A program made the position numbers and the translations under genes. A stretch of DNA of 61,019 nt, the filler included, from Porpidia crustulata (taxonomy: Eukaryota): assembly GCA_964255105.1 (NCBI GenBank). It is 4 parts of 4 records of this genome, joined end to end, with 100 filler letters (N's around TTAATTAATTAA, not from the genome) between each part and the next. Parts side by side here need not be neighbours in the genome. Positions count along the whole stretch, not along the records: positions 1 to 15,220 come from CAXUWE010000330.1; positions 15,321 to 30,521 come from CAXUWE010000331.1; 2 more parts are not named here. The stretch is one strand, 5' to 3'. Below, one piece after another: positions 10,501 through 21,823 of the stretch; the stretch's first letter is position 1; each line of letters opens with the position of its first letter. The notes beneath the pieces were generated by a model, which was not told the origin of the DNA, made no database searches, and worked only from the letters and a program-made list of their open reading frames with translations.

Positions 10501-12129
10501 GCAATATTTGGTATCTGCATTAGCTATATTGACCACTCGAGAGAACAGCGGCAAAGAAACGTCGTCGTCTCTGGAGCAAGAGCCAACATCACATCGCCAC
10601 GCTATAGTGGGAATTCCGGGGAGCTCAGGCCGGCATCCGAGGCTGGTCGCACTGCTGAAGTGGACAAAGATCTACCAGAATACGTTTTTGCTTTAGCGTA
10701 CCATGTCATGACTCACTGGTTCTTGTCGATTGATATTAGAAAACGATCAAAGCATGTCGGCTGGATTGCTAGACGCCTTACTTGGAAGGATGAATTTGGA
10801 AATGAGACAATGGGAGAACAAAGTCAGGTGACCCTCGATATGATGCACCGAACAGCTTATTTGGATCTCGGTGAGACGAAATCGCAACTAAAATTTAGTG
10901 ACGAAGATGGCCCCGTATTGAAACAAACCTGGCTTGTGGGCATGAGCATCGTGACTATAGAGACTGCCACAGTCAGCGGACTTACGCAAGTCACGAAAAG
11001 ACAGGCCTCAGGGACAACGCATGCCAGATATCAGCAATGCACAGCATCTTTACCTCCGCATCACATTCCTGTCCGAAGCCTAGGCCTGTCTACCGAAACC
11101 ATTCTTCCTAGCCATGTTCTCCTGCAGCTTGGATCTACCATCGCTCCTATGCCAATTCCAATACAGCCAATAGTCCTTCCTGATGACGATAGCACAAAGA
11201 GAGCCATAAGTAGCTTCGATCGCAACGACACTGTTGATGGCTATAAAGTTGGCGTTGTCTTCGTCAGTAAGGGTCAAACGTCGGAGACGGAAATTCTCGC
11301 AAATGAATCAGGGACAGAATCCTACGATAGATTCATATCAGGCCTCGGCACCAGAGTCAGCTTGAAGGACGCTATCTTTAATACTCAAGGTCTAGACCGG
11401 GAGTCTAATCAGGATGGTACGCATACTTATGCTTGGCGCGATCGTGTGACAGAAATAGTGTTCCACATTCCTACGATGATGCCGACGGATGTTGAGAATG
11501 ATCCACGATGCACAAACAAGAAGCGACACATAGGCAATGAATTTGTGAAGATCATATACAACGACTCAGGGCTCCCTTTTGATTTTGACACGTTCGAATC
11601 TCAGTTCAATTACGTAAACATTGTGATCACCCCAGAAGCCTTGGGGCCGCCACAAGAACTGTCCATGGACGAGGCTGGCCCGGATTATCTCAAACATAGG
11701 ACGGCTGAGGTGTTCACGAAGAATTCAAACAGCAAGCAATTCTATAAAGTACAAACCCAGTGCGCTTCCTCCTTACCTCGTATCTCTCCCGCTGCGACGC
11801 CCAAGATCATCTCGGCTTCAACCCTTCCCGCTTTTGTCCGTCAGGTCGCACTCAGCGCCTCCGTGTTCAGCCAAGCATGGTCAAACCGTGACGGTGGCGA
11901 ACATGTGTCAAGCTGGAGAAATCGACTCAAGGAAATCATCAAATTGAGGAATCGATATGGGAATACTGCAACTTCACAGACTGGGGCGTACCCCGGAATG
12001 AGCACCGAAGATCGAGGTGGTGCACGCTCTTACGCCGAGGGCGACCCCTGGAAAGGAACCCTGGCTCTCGGGGGTATGGCAGAAGAAGAGAAGTTGGTGC
12101 TGAGCCTCGATTTCACACGGTGGACCTGA
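7525..12129 (+). CDS. TSC2: Tuberin, Rheb GTPase-activating protein (single 1534-aa ORF)
   Basis: Tuberin region (SDWELYSYVLVHLPSQLSN, ILEFLGGLARLP) and C-terminal RapGAP domain (YKVGVVFV, EIVFHIPTMMP, KKRHIGNEFVKIIYNDS). Confidence 0.93.
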   Translation: MSANNGRSTPDTEASTPTLTERVRDLAVGRRSLPSLRGTNSGSSRSSASLSLTPTNRPNASHGQTMESEQTYRERCLVDLHDSRPLKERIKAIKAIKSEIKLHSAGTLMSILANVEDLTTESAPIEARKAVFDLLISSVGHSELDSRSCFKLFTIITTPYPAPDSSPQILALRQLVRDGRQIESFAGSLIAYLNDRIPSIFDHTTKARASLKKQRFRRLTEPFGEEVGLEHILSLAADVVYITPASFEDDQLVLLVSNVLQIAQRTTAGLDLQAAVEVIKNITQFSQIPLSTMELCLEVLCAGSSMVEGTVTWTCISNILRSKDQNRALNIILNILSTAADRRAESRTRIVRGALSTIAKVVSYDGKEDLPLVPVQSLANALRAASLDPKHESACLETVVMILNNSEFLNRLIKEDWGFLRHILDQFTRTRTVDASADVPTLPYSVTSASPLYDFIISIPASTNKISGSVAENLQDITSCLSSRWDSFDPKQRQFLVNLFLNIGLHIDIPDLGLVVDYMMSEQLISPSDENWAPHLSVLVDVLLLDIEKTDMIRCRVLYAMKEVHELIRETRGDSMYDRDILLHILQSLKNDGKPILANALADFLTDLARDADDEIFDAILTRLVPLLEIKDTPSVIQQNQTASCLIRLFLQILPYSASHTVRTYNVLVDATSNRAISTGIRLSIMKLLTRLRCDENLAVRVVPLPDSQGLADTLYRTEASSFPQSTIIRASNDDPHVSRAGRTSTIDQSNSDRSRSTTRSGNATDRSAKTTPPLWMYPGAKALPLEPPVNVSQHVYVNDLSSRPGTMALDLSLWLDAMLDTIENESDWELYSYVLVHLPSQLSNLRLFTGAGPRLANLEDLMLSFLSRGNFHEPPASTGVKKGDVALCMFQSLVMLIGYREHFGRARMDKTVHTFLEGISKWDRATKCCLHGLAVCCYEIPNSIATYLPHIIGKMSKIITQSYLAVDILEFLGGLARLPDACRNIADDNLRAIFGICISYIDHSREQRQRNVVVSGARANITSPRYSGNSGELRPASEAGRTAEVDKDLPEYVFALAYHVMTHWFLSIDIRKRSKHVGWIARRLTWKDEFGNETMGEQSQVTLDMMHRTAYLDLGETKSQLKFSDEDGPVLKQTWLVGMSIVTIETATVSGLTQVTKRQASGTTHARYQQCTASLPPHHIPVRSLGLSTETILPSHVLLQLGSTIAPMPIPIQPIVLPDDDSTKRAISSFDRNDTVDGYKVGVVFVSKGQTSETEILANESGTESYDRFISGLGTRVSLKDAIFNTQGLDRESNQDGTHTYAWRDRVTEIVFHIPTMMPTDVENDPRCTNKKRHIGNEFVKIIYNDSGLPFDFDTFESQFNYVNIVITPEALGPPQELSMDEAGPDYLKHRTAEVFTKNSNSKQFYKVQTQCASSLPRISPAATPKIISASTLPAFVRQVALSASVFSQAWSNRDGGEHVSSWRNRLKEIIKLRNRYGNTATSQTGAYPGMSTEDRGGARSYAEGDPWKGTLALGGMAEEEKLVLSLDFTRWT

Positions 12130-12803
12130 TGAACGGCGAATTGTTCGATCCATGCAGCACCTCTGGAGTCTGGGATGGGACAATGGCACTAGTAGATGTA
12201 ACATCAGGTGTGGGTGTCATTGAGGAAGGCATGGCGTTTCTCATTTCGCGTGAGTATATATTGTCGCTCTTTCCTTTGGCGTTGCGGCAAGATTGTAGGT
12301 AACGATACGTACGACTGGGTCTCACTCTACTCAGGAAGATACCAAATAGGCGTTGGTGACAAAAATTGGGATTGTGGAATTAGGATACCATCAAAATTGT
12401 TTGGATGGAACATACGCTGTCTAAAAAGTACTTTATTGTCAATTTCCACTTCCGTGTAACTTATATCAAATAAGAAGATTGCAGTCTTTTCGCAACGCAA
12501 ACCCCGATTTTCGAGACTAAGAGATTTCTCTCAGACTAATTTGGAAATGAATAGATAGGATTCGTTGAAGTGCTAGTCGCAGTTATCGGGTATCCCTAAA
12601 TATTGCAATAAGCTTGACGATTAGTGACAACAACGGATTCGCAGTATTAAACCATACTCTTACCTAACAATTTCCTGGTTGAGAATTAAGTATCAATTTT
12701 ATTTACTTAGTCTATGTCATGGCTGTATAGACGCCGCATCCTCATGCTATCAGTTCAATCGTCTTTAGGCACTTCCTTTCCTGATTTTGAATTGTTCTAA
12801 GAC

Positions 12804-13406
12804 TCATTTTGAATCGATGACTGTCTGAATTCTGCAGGACAAATTGGTGATAGCGAGTAGAAGGGTGAAGATCGTACAGAGGATGGGAAATATGAAGGTT
12901 CGGGATTTTCTTTTTTCATCAGAATTCGAGAAGTCCTTCGAAGGAGCCGGTAAGAATAAATGTCGCTCCAACCACTTCCAGCCTGGGCCAATAACTCCCA
13001 CTCTGTACTTAAATCAACACAATATTAATAGACTCTTCGGAACACTGAGTTCAAAGAATCAACTCACATAGCCATAGCTACTCCTTTGAAGTGCTCGGTA
13101 AATAAAGGTTCCTTCATAGCCAAAGCTATCAATAAAGTTCTGCTCAGCTAGCTCATATAGAGCCGCTCCATCGACATTTAGATTCTTTGCCATCTGAATC
13201 GCTTTCTGCAGGGTACGATCACAGTTCAATGCCCGAAGGAATTGGACTAAAAAGCCGCGAACAATTATGTTGGAAGCGGTGGGATCTGGAACAAAGAGAC
13301 GCAGGACTCCGGCGGAAGTCGAGCTGAGGGGTTCTTCGCTCTGTGATAATTAGCTTGATGGGACAGTGTTACTGGGAGTGTATACTCACATTGTATTAGT
13401 AGACAT
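12804..13406 (-). CDS. Probable small 3-exon hypothetical protein with C-terminal hydrophobic segment
   Basis: ATG at 13406; GTGAGT donors near 13389 and 13068; stop-free middle exon (VRGFLVQFLRALN...VDGAALYELAEQNFIDSFGYEGTFIYRALQRSSYGY) splices in frame to ORF 12804-13001 (IFPILCTIFTLLLAITNL). The first acceptor phase is uncertain. Confidence 0.5.
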
Positions 13407-13553
13407 GTTTGTGGTGTTGTGGAGTGTTCAGGTTGAAATGTTTGAAGAAGCCTACTCTAGCTCAATTTCGGCAAATTAGCGAGAATGATAAATAGAAGCG
13501 CGTTAGAACGCTATCTACCTTCAAAGACCAGGGGACGTTGCCCAATCGTATTC

Positions 13554-14729
13554 ATGGCGACCTCAACAGATCTTGACAACGTCAAAGTTGAAGTTATTTC
13601 CAATGAGAGATCGCTTCCGCGTTATGATGACCCTGACGCAATAGAACAAGATCAGCCGCGGACTCGCCAAAATTATATCGAGGCAGTCACTGGTGCTAAA
13701 TTCATCGTGAGGGTGACCTTGGACGAACGATTCTACATGGGGCATTGCGATGCAGCTAGAATAGTCTTATCTTTCGACGGCGCGGAGCGCGGATGGTACT
13801 GCGATGTTAACAGAGGCAACGACCACAGGCTCAAGGATCGACCGTTGCGAGATCGGCAAGTCAAGTTCTCTCATGCGCATCAATTCTGCGAGCGTACGAA
13901 ACAGTGGAAGTCTGGTAGACTCTGCTTTGGGAATCTTGTGATGAGTACGCACATCTTGAGAAGACTGGAGACACGACCTGACAGTGCGCTATCTGCAGCC
14001 GAGACATCGGGATCGACTGTTTCTCCAGCAGAGATACAGAAGCTTGGCTAAATACGCCTGAGTATAAGACGAGTCAAATTAGGCACCATCAGCAAAGATA
14101 CCTCGAGATTTTCCCTAAAGAGAGTTGAAGAGGTCTCTGAGAAGGTAATGAAAGGCAAGGCTATAACCAATACCATCGAGTACTACATCCCCTACACCAT
14201 TCCTTCTACTCGCTGACCATTCCTCAGTATTACAGACTCTGTGATATTGGGAAAACCTTCGCACTCTGTTCATGCCGATCCGGTGTATGGGTCACTTGGA
14301 CGCTCTCTTCACTGGAATCTTCTATACCGATCAAAGTGTGAGTCTATATCGAGTAGTTAGCATATCGAATTCTAAAATCCTCTTCCCCAGCCACTCTTCA
14401 GATGCTCGGTTGCATTCCAAAGACCCCTTCGCCAGAACCCGATCACTCAGGCCCCGTCAATGCTGCTCTGCCAAGTGCCATGACTGCCGCAGACCGAAAG
14501 CGGGAGGCAGATACCTTACGTGTAAGTCGAGTTGCCCAGTGGTCAATAGATCCTGCAATATCTAATTACCTCGAAGGCTCGACTGGCTCTTCTGGAAGAC
14601 AATGTCGACGTCAAATCGGAGCATAACAAAAATGTCAAACGTGAGCGTGATGACAGGGGTACCGCAAGCTCCCACAAAAAGCCCCGAGTCTCTGGCTCTA
14701 TCGCCGTTGTAGATCTTACCGCGGATTGA
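13554..14729 (+). pseudogene. DUF7918-like fungal protein with in-frame premature stop
   Basis: LPRYDDPD, NYIEAVTGAKF, KLG*IRLSIRRV, VSEKVMKGKAIT, YRS..TLQMLGCIPKTPSP, VVDLTAD* motifs across intact introns; TAA at 14049-14051 interrupts an exon. Confidence 0.7.
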
Positions 14730-15220
14730 AAAACCGTATCATACGACGATAATCGGAACAGATCCGTCAGTAGCGATCCGCTGTCAGGAAAGCATTCCAA
14801 TCCAGGATGCTCTTCCCTTTCGCTTCATCTACTATTCCTTTCTCAACGAGGACTGAACGCACCCTTCAAACTTTCAATCTTTCCATCTTTCTATGATACC
14901 CATTTTGTTCAGCAAACATTGCTTCATGTACATCACGCTGCCGAGCTAGAGCTACATCATTGGAACCAGATCTCCGTGATGATTGATTCTGCCACTAGGC
15001 ACTTCCAGACATACAAGACCAATTCATTACTCGCTGACTGTGACGGAGTAAATTTGCCACCCCGCGAAAACGACCAAATCCCAAACGGCTCAAGCCAAAA
15101 CCAAAACCAAACCCCCAAACTCGCAAACCCCCAAACCCAGCAGTAGAACCCGATCCCAATCCAAATCCAAACCCAACCCCCGCATCACTTTTCCAAATCC
15201 CAGCACAAGCGCTCAGAGGA

Positions 15221-15320
15221 NNNNNNNNNNNNNNNNNNNNNNNNNNNNNNNNNNNNNNNNNNNNTTAATTAATTAANNNNNNNNNNNNNNNNNNNNNNNN
15301 NNNNNNNNNNNNNNNNNNNN
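15221..15320. other. Artificial assembly spacer
   Basis: N44-TTAATTAATTAA-N44, which has stops in all six frames. Confidence 0.98.
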
Positions 15321-15370
15321 TTTCTTCGTTGATTTACCCCCATAGCTAGGTAGTTAGGAGGCCCCTAACA
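15321..15370. mobile_element. End of a second LTR copy, inverted relative to 6903-7105 and cut by the gap
   Basis: Exact reverse complement of 6903-6952, ending in TAACA. Confidence 0.85.
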
Positions 15371-15627
15371 CAATCCGGATTGAATTATTTTACTATTTCT
15401 ATGGAGATTGTTAAAGGTTATTGAACTATCTACATTGGGGAGCGTGGATTGAAAGGTTTAAAGACTTTTGACATATCCCGTATTTATTCTATCTCAAATC
15501 TCGATAAGAAACTTGTACCCACGTCAGGCCCGAGGTCTAGAAGATATAGTCAAGCTGGCATCCAGTTGTGTGTGAGGATGAAGCTAACGGCATCAATGAA
15601 ACAAGCTCAAAAGCCGTCGCCCCTATC

Positions 15628-16848
15628 TCATTGCCCCTCAGCACCCTCTGCGCGAAACCCTGAAACGTGCCCCCTCTCAACAGCTTTTTGTTTCCGTGCG
15701 TTCATTTCCTTGCTCAAAGCTTTGATCCGCTCGTTCAAGAAAGTATATCTCGCGCGATCCGGGGCTTGACGCCAGGTAACTTTCTCGGTTTGTGCTGCTT
15801 CTTCAAAGATTTTTCCCTCGCTCCTCCATTGTTCCAACTCGACCTCGTATTTGATTTTCGCATCTCGAAGCTCCAGGAAGGCCTGATATGGAGCCTCTCC
15901 GCCAAAACAGACACCGAACCCATCACAGTAGCATGAATATTCCGTCGGACAATCGGCACTTTGACTGGTGAAGACATATTGCCAAGTATACTCCCAAATC
16001 CTGCCTGATATGTAGTCACTGAGTGGCGTCCTTAACATCCAGTCTCGGTAGAAGACAAATCGGCTTAACGGTATGGCTAGAAGCCGTTCTTTAGATAGCG
16101 CGAACTGTGCGCAACATGGCTGAGCCAAGAACGCTGGTATTGGTTCGAGAGGGAACAATTCACTCCAACATTTTGACAGCATTGTTTCTTCCTGCTTCCC
16201 TAGGAGCTCCTGTTTGCTAACGGGATGTAACCACTCGGGACAACCTGGACTCCAATGACACCTCATATTCATGTATCCTTTTCTTATGACATGCCAAGAT
16301 CGTAATCTGTAAATCATCTCCACAGCATCATGTCCAAGGAACTCATTATTATGATGAGTCCAGCGGTGCGAATGCATGAAAAGAACAATATCCGGTAGGT
16401 TATCGTAATGATCAATGATGTAGGTCAAGTATATCATCACTTCATGCCCTTTGTTCCGCGGTGGATGCAGCGGCGCAGATGCATCATTGGCAACATATAC
16501 GGATGTGTTCAAATCCGGCAGCTCGTCCGTGATCCATGTTATATCTTCGTCCTTCATCCGAGGCACAACCATGACCCGCGAATAATTTGAAACTTGGGAC
16601 TTGAACGAACCTGGGTGAAACCCGGACGATATCCCTTCATTCGCGTCGCTTAGACGTACAAAACTTTGCCTGTTCGCGTTTCTAGCTGGTCGTGAGGACA
16701 GACGTGTTTCGGACAGCATTTCATCACCTTCGTCAGAACGAGAAAATCCGAGCGACAAGGCTTGCAATTTCTGCTGAAATAGCAACGCGATGAACACGAG
16801 CGACGTTGCGGCTGCGCATAGGGGTACTATCTTTTTCTGAAGATACAT
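15628..16848 (-). CDS. DUF3431 family protein with N-terminal membrane anchor
   Basis: PRNKGHEVMIYLTYIIDHYDNLPDIVLFMHSH, YMNMRCHWSPGCP, QPCCAQFALS, SGRIWEYTWQYVF, CYCDGFGVC motifs. Confidence 0.88.
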   Translation of the reverse strand: MYLQKKIVPLCAAATSLVFIALLFQQKLQALSLGFSRSDEGDEMLSETRLSSRPARNANRQSFVRLSDANEGISSGFHPGSFKSQVSNYSRVMVVPRMKDEDITWITDELPDLNTSVYVANDASAPLHPPRNKGHEVMIYLTYIIDHYDNLPDIVLFMHSHRWTHHNNEFLGHDAVEMIYRLRSWHVIRKGYMNMRCHWSPGCPEWLHPVSKQELLGKQEETMLSKCWSELFPLEPIPAFLAQPCCAQFALSKERLLAIPLSRFVFYRDWMLRTPLSDYISGRIWEYTWQYVFTSQSADCPTEYSCYCDGFGVCFGGEAPYQAFLELRDAKIKYEVELEQWRSEGKIFEEAAQTEKVTWRQAPDRARYTFLNERIKALSKEMNARKQKAVERGHVSGFRAEGAEGQ

Positions 16849-17877
16849 GATGATGAGATCAGGTCCCAGACCCAGATTGGACAACTCGTGTTGATGGCAA
16901 TCTCGGCCTCAGGTTATACTCAATCTCTAGGCGCGGTATCAGCAAGCCACGAATTGTAACTAGAATTACGCTGTGGGTTCTAAGCAATTACATTATCATT
17001 TGGAATCGCGTACTAGAAACCTTCCGGATGTGACAAACGTTAATCTAATGGCGCTGGATGGAAATATTATTGTTCGGACTCAATGATGCTGATAAGTGAA
17101 GAGACGTAAGTGAAAGAATATAGAAATAATGAGACCTGCGTAGATAAACGACAATGTTGTCCACATTTAGAAGCGAGTGAGAGCATTCACAACATCTCTA
17201 AGATTAAATCGGATCACGTCCAAAAGAAAGTCTGTACATTAAATGGATGAATATCGAAACTACAGCGCTTTGACGTGGCGACTCTTGTCACTTGACGTAC
17301 AATACAAACCACAATGAACAAAAGGATAAGACGCCACGCACTACTGTGGGAGTACGTTCGTTATGGAGAAGACATGTAATGCAATGAGATACGTCGTCTT
17401 TCAATGCTGCCTGCTACCTCATTTTCCAACTATCATATGCCACACTCATGAAAACTTAGCAGGCCATTAGGCTATGAATGAGCACCCAAGTATTGTGGGC
17501 CTTGCTTATTAGTCAGCCACGACTTCAGGTTCTAGGTGAGGCCGAATACGTGCCATACACACGCTCTCTAATCGCTGTCTGCATAGGGCTGATGATCAAG
17601 TATCAATCTTGTAATTCATAGATAGCATAAGCCTCTTTTGTCTCGTAGGCTGGGCAGCTCTATTCCTGGCACAGCGAAAAGAAGCACTGATCAAAGTGAG
17701 CTTTTGCCACTTCAGAAAGGATTAACGAGCTAAACAGTCGACTTCGACGTCATGGCTACGGGCGGATGATATTTGAGTAGCTTCAAAGGATACTAAGGCA
17801 AGCAAAACGGTGCCAGCCTATTTTAATGGAATCAGGGCTTGCTTTTGGCGAGAGCGCAGGATTGTATGCATACAGAA

Positions 17878-20214
17878 TCACAGCCGGACCGAGTTTGGAG
17901 AAGAGGATCGGAGCGAGCCCCCGAGCACGCCGTCACTTGCGCCACTGTGCATCCTTGGACCATAGCCGTTTCTGATTGATCCTACGCTTCCTGAAGCGTA
18001 GCCGTCACTGTTCAGATACCGATCCCGATCGTCATGTCCATATACCTTGCCTCGATGAGGGCCCACGGGAGGAGCTTGTTTCCATCGCCTGCTTGAGTCT
18101 TGATCGTCGTCAATTATAATGACCATCCAAACGCCGATCTGTCCATTGCTGCCGATTAAAGGCGTACAGTGAATCCATCGGTTGCGGCCATCTTCCTCGA
18201 CTTTAGAGACCCAATGCACCTTTGCTGTGACACCACGGCCTTCTGCAAGAGCTGTGGTCAACTCATCTCGGACACCGGAAGAACCACCGATCTTGTTCAT
18301 GAATGGCGATTGGAGGATACCAGGGATGCGCAAACTAGGTGAAGCGAAAATAATCCGTAGCGATGGGTACGGGCGAACAAGTAAATACTACACATAATCA
18401 GCCACGCGGGTTCTTGGCAAGGGTAGAATTTGGTACATTTTGGTAAATGCCACCGAGCCTTCCACTCCCACGATTGCTCAAGCTTTGTGAAGTATTGTTA
18501 TCCGCCATCGGCTCTTTTAGCAAAAGTCTTGGCCTAGGCTGTGCCCCATTGCGTAAACCATCCACGTCTTCTTCTTGATATTCTCGGTGCATTCGCCCAC
18601 CCCATCGCCTCACAGTCTCTAACTCGCCCATATTCAACATTTCGCTCAGTTCTTGGAACTCGTCCGCATTAGCTTGCTCTCTGTTGTCGTTCCCGCCGTC
18701 TTGGCGGAGCTGCTCTCGGTCCACCAAACGTTGGAGTGACTCCAAGTCCGTACAGTCTTTTATAAGCCCGCTCACATCAACTTGAGCCCCAATGTAATAT
18801 CGGATTTTGCCCCGACTGTCACATAAAGGCGCGACCATGAGAAGATTTACAAAAGGTGAACCATCACGTCGGCTACGTCATGTTAATATTTGACAGCCCC
18901 AATAGCCAAAGTTCCAAACTTACTAATTTAGGAATACTTCGCAGTGTTCCTTGCCACCTTCAATCGCGTCTCGTAACCTTCTTACACTAAAAGGGTTCGT
19001 TTTGGGCCCTTGCAAAAACCGACAATTCCTTCCAATCGCATAGTTTAGGCCGTACTGTGTGGTTCGGTTGAACTCTGGATCCCGAATTTAGTCCATACGA
19101 CTTAGAAGATCTGAGGTAGAAATACAAACCTTCAGACACGAAGACGATGGGATTATCAGGTCTTGATGGATCGCTAACACAAAAGACCTCTGCCAGACCC
19201 TCGGACGCTTCACGGAGGTGGGGAGCCAAAGCCCCAGTGATTCGTTGAGATATGCTCAGACTGACTACCTGTATATACATCAAAGTAATATAAGCGGGAA
19301 GATCCTCTTTGACCAAAACATCAAAGGACTGGGCAGCTTTGTCTTCAAGGATTGCGTTGATTGTCGGTTTCGCCGACGTGGTGGTAAAGTCATGGCTGGG
19401 TATTGGACTCAAGGCTTCGGCAATGGCATTGGCATACTTGATGGCCTTCAACGCCTTTAGAGCGTCCAAATAGTATATAAGGATTGGAACGGATTGTGGA
19501 CGGTGCGTGCTCAAGAACGCCGTGAATCGTAATAATAATGACGGATCAGTGAATATGATCTCGAGGTGTTCGCGGGAGAAAAGCTGCTCCGAACGAGTCT
19601 CAAGGGAGAACGCTCGATAGCCTTCCTGTGGCGGGGCAACAAGATCAAAAGAACCAGCAATGTCCCCGGGTAATGGCTCCATCTGATCAAAATCTTCTAA
19701 GACTGATTGTGTCTGCAGTGGCGGTAGCTCTGATGAGGTCTCTTGTGTCTCATAGGTTTCGTGAGACATCGCTACGGAAACTGGGGATGCACTGCGAGAT
19801 TCATAATATGCGGATGACGGGGCCATGGGCTCAGCGCCCTTGGGACTGCTGTCTAGGTCAGTCATTTGCTTCCAATAACATGATATCTCACACTGTGAAG
19901 ATTGCTGACCTAGAACGCAGAGGAACTTGTTTTATGCGCTGATAAAGGTCTGGCATAGAGGGAGTCGTATTTGCTTTCATTCTTGGAGGTATGCTAACGT
20001 TTGCTATGCTTGGGCGTCGTGACGATGACCGTTCATGATTTTGGAAGCCTTGGACTTGTACCTGAGGCAGCGATGTTCCATTGGAATTGCCCTCATAGTC
20101 ACGGAGTCGTTGAGTTGGTGCGGTCTCGGGGCCAGTCCCGCCCGGGAGGAGATCGGTTTGGCGCATCGTTTGCGCGGACGGGTGATGCCGTAGAGGCATG
20201 TGAACGGAAGGCAT
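17878..20214 (-). CDS. RGS-LOV(-DUF) blue-light photoreceptor (BcLOV4-like architecture)
   Basis: RGS-like segment LLRFTAFLSTHRP..YYLDALKALKAIKYANA; LOV core spliced as AEVFCVSDPSRPDNPIVFVSE-EFNRTTQYGLNYAIGRNCRFLQGP...NYRRDGSPFVNLLMVAPL...YYIGAQVDV; C-terminal RWIHCTPLIGSNGQIGVWMV. The first exon is inferred. Confidence 0.88.
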
Positions 20215-21823
20215 GCGTCCAGGAGTTCAGAACGACGAAGTGACTTTCCTCTTGGATGTACTATGTTTCCATGGCTCGGATTCGCACCAGAGTCGAGAGC
20301 CCTAACCAAGGTGTAGATTACTAGGTGACGGAGTTGAAGATATCTAGGAGGTCGGTAATAATTGCGGCCAATAATAGGTAAGGCAGCTAGAGAAGGTTCG
20401 AAGGCATTGTAGTCGGAAAAGGATGATCCGTGTCAAGTAAGTAGGCAGGGAATTAAGGTAGGCAGGCGTGAGCTCAAAACGGGGGAATCACTAGGAAAGT
20501 GGTTGACAGTAGTTGCATCTTCATCATACTTAAGGTGCGTAGTACACCAGTATGCAGTATTATTGTAACGGAAATAGTTGGGCAGGCCTACTATTGGTGG
20601 TATACCAAATCTTAATTAGTAAAGATATGGAATCGACCAATGCGGACGAGATAATCTCCATGGAAAGGGTACCAGTACGATTTTGCTGGAACAGTAGACC
20701 TCATGTGGGAGATCACTCCCCATTCAGACCATTCTTGACCTTTTCCGTCTTACATCGTTAGCTGTAGTATTGTTCCGCTAAGGTTGAAGATGATCAAGAA
20801 GGGTACTTGACATTCGGGAAAGGGGCGAGTCGATTAAGCATAAAAAGTAGTACGAGATAGCTGAGATGCTACCCGTGTGCCTGTCATGGACTTATTTCGA
20901 CACTTGTACTCCGCACAACCAAAGAGGTCAGGTGATTAATGCAACGAGCAACGTGAGATCTTATTTTGGTGAGCGAATAATATCATATAACCTATTAAGT
21001 ACCCGTATCACAGCACACACCGTACCTACCTTATGCATCAACCCGCAGTCTACCCGGCTAGGACATAGTATGATAGGTAAGACGGGGGGCGGGTGACAGG
21101 CACACAGGGTACCTTACCTATCGTGCTTCTCACCCTAAAGCATCGAAATCATGTTCTCAATAGATACCTACACCCAAACGATACGACTTCTTAACATCTC
21201 TTAGCCTGCTATCGGTAATCCGTATCATGGGTTGCAATAGTGTTGAATCTTGACAAGAAAAGTCACGCGCGACATTTTATCATATTAAAATGGGCGCAAG
21301 GCCGCACGGTATGTAGCGCACGCTCAGCTGCTTACGGTCAAAGGCGAAACACAATACTACAGGCAATTTATGGAGGAGAACATCTCCCGAGCTGTTACCT
21401 CCCATGCCTATCACGACTTTGATTCCCGTAGATAGCGCCATCTCCATGGTCTTCTACCATGTGAGGCTGACTCGGCTAAATCGCGTTCGCATTCGCATGC
21501 GCAGGGCAACCAGTATGAGATAGTCACATAGTGAACATGTGAGACAGGCCTTCTGGGTACTTTTGGATATCTAATTTTTCTTCAGGAGCATATAGAGATA
21601 CCTGGATAGCAGCCCGTTCAATCACTTGTAATCGCCATCCAGTTTTGACTACCGTTCACGAAATGTCTTATCATTGATGTTGCACGCGCTTTGTCTTAGC
21701 CTGCACTCAAAGCAATGAAATAACCACAACCCCCTGAGTTTATGCACCTAGGTGAGCTTTCGGACTCCTACGCTATGCGGTCAAAATGCAAAACGAAAGC
21801 CTTTTGCGAGAACAAACCTTCCA

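Noticed and set aside
11518..11550. TSC2 GAP motif reads KKRHIGNE rather than the usual KKRHIGND
   Set aside because: Conservative change with the catalytic Asn retained; no basis for altered function.
15080..15200. C/A-rich CCAAA-type low-complexity tract
   Set aside because: Degenerate simple sequence at a contig end with no regular unit or supported ORF.
15265..15276. TTAATTAATTAA palindrome, also at 30566-30577 and 45818-45829
   Set aside because: Identical and centred in 100-bp N blocks, so it is an assembly linker; ORFs ending in it are artefacts.
6903..15370. 50-bp inverted repeats 8.4 kb apart as TIRs of a large transposon that captured TSC2
   Set aside because: The left copy is the start of a self-contained 203-bp LTR with its own TSD, the right copy abuts a gap, and no transposase is present.
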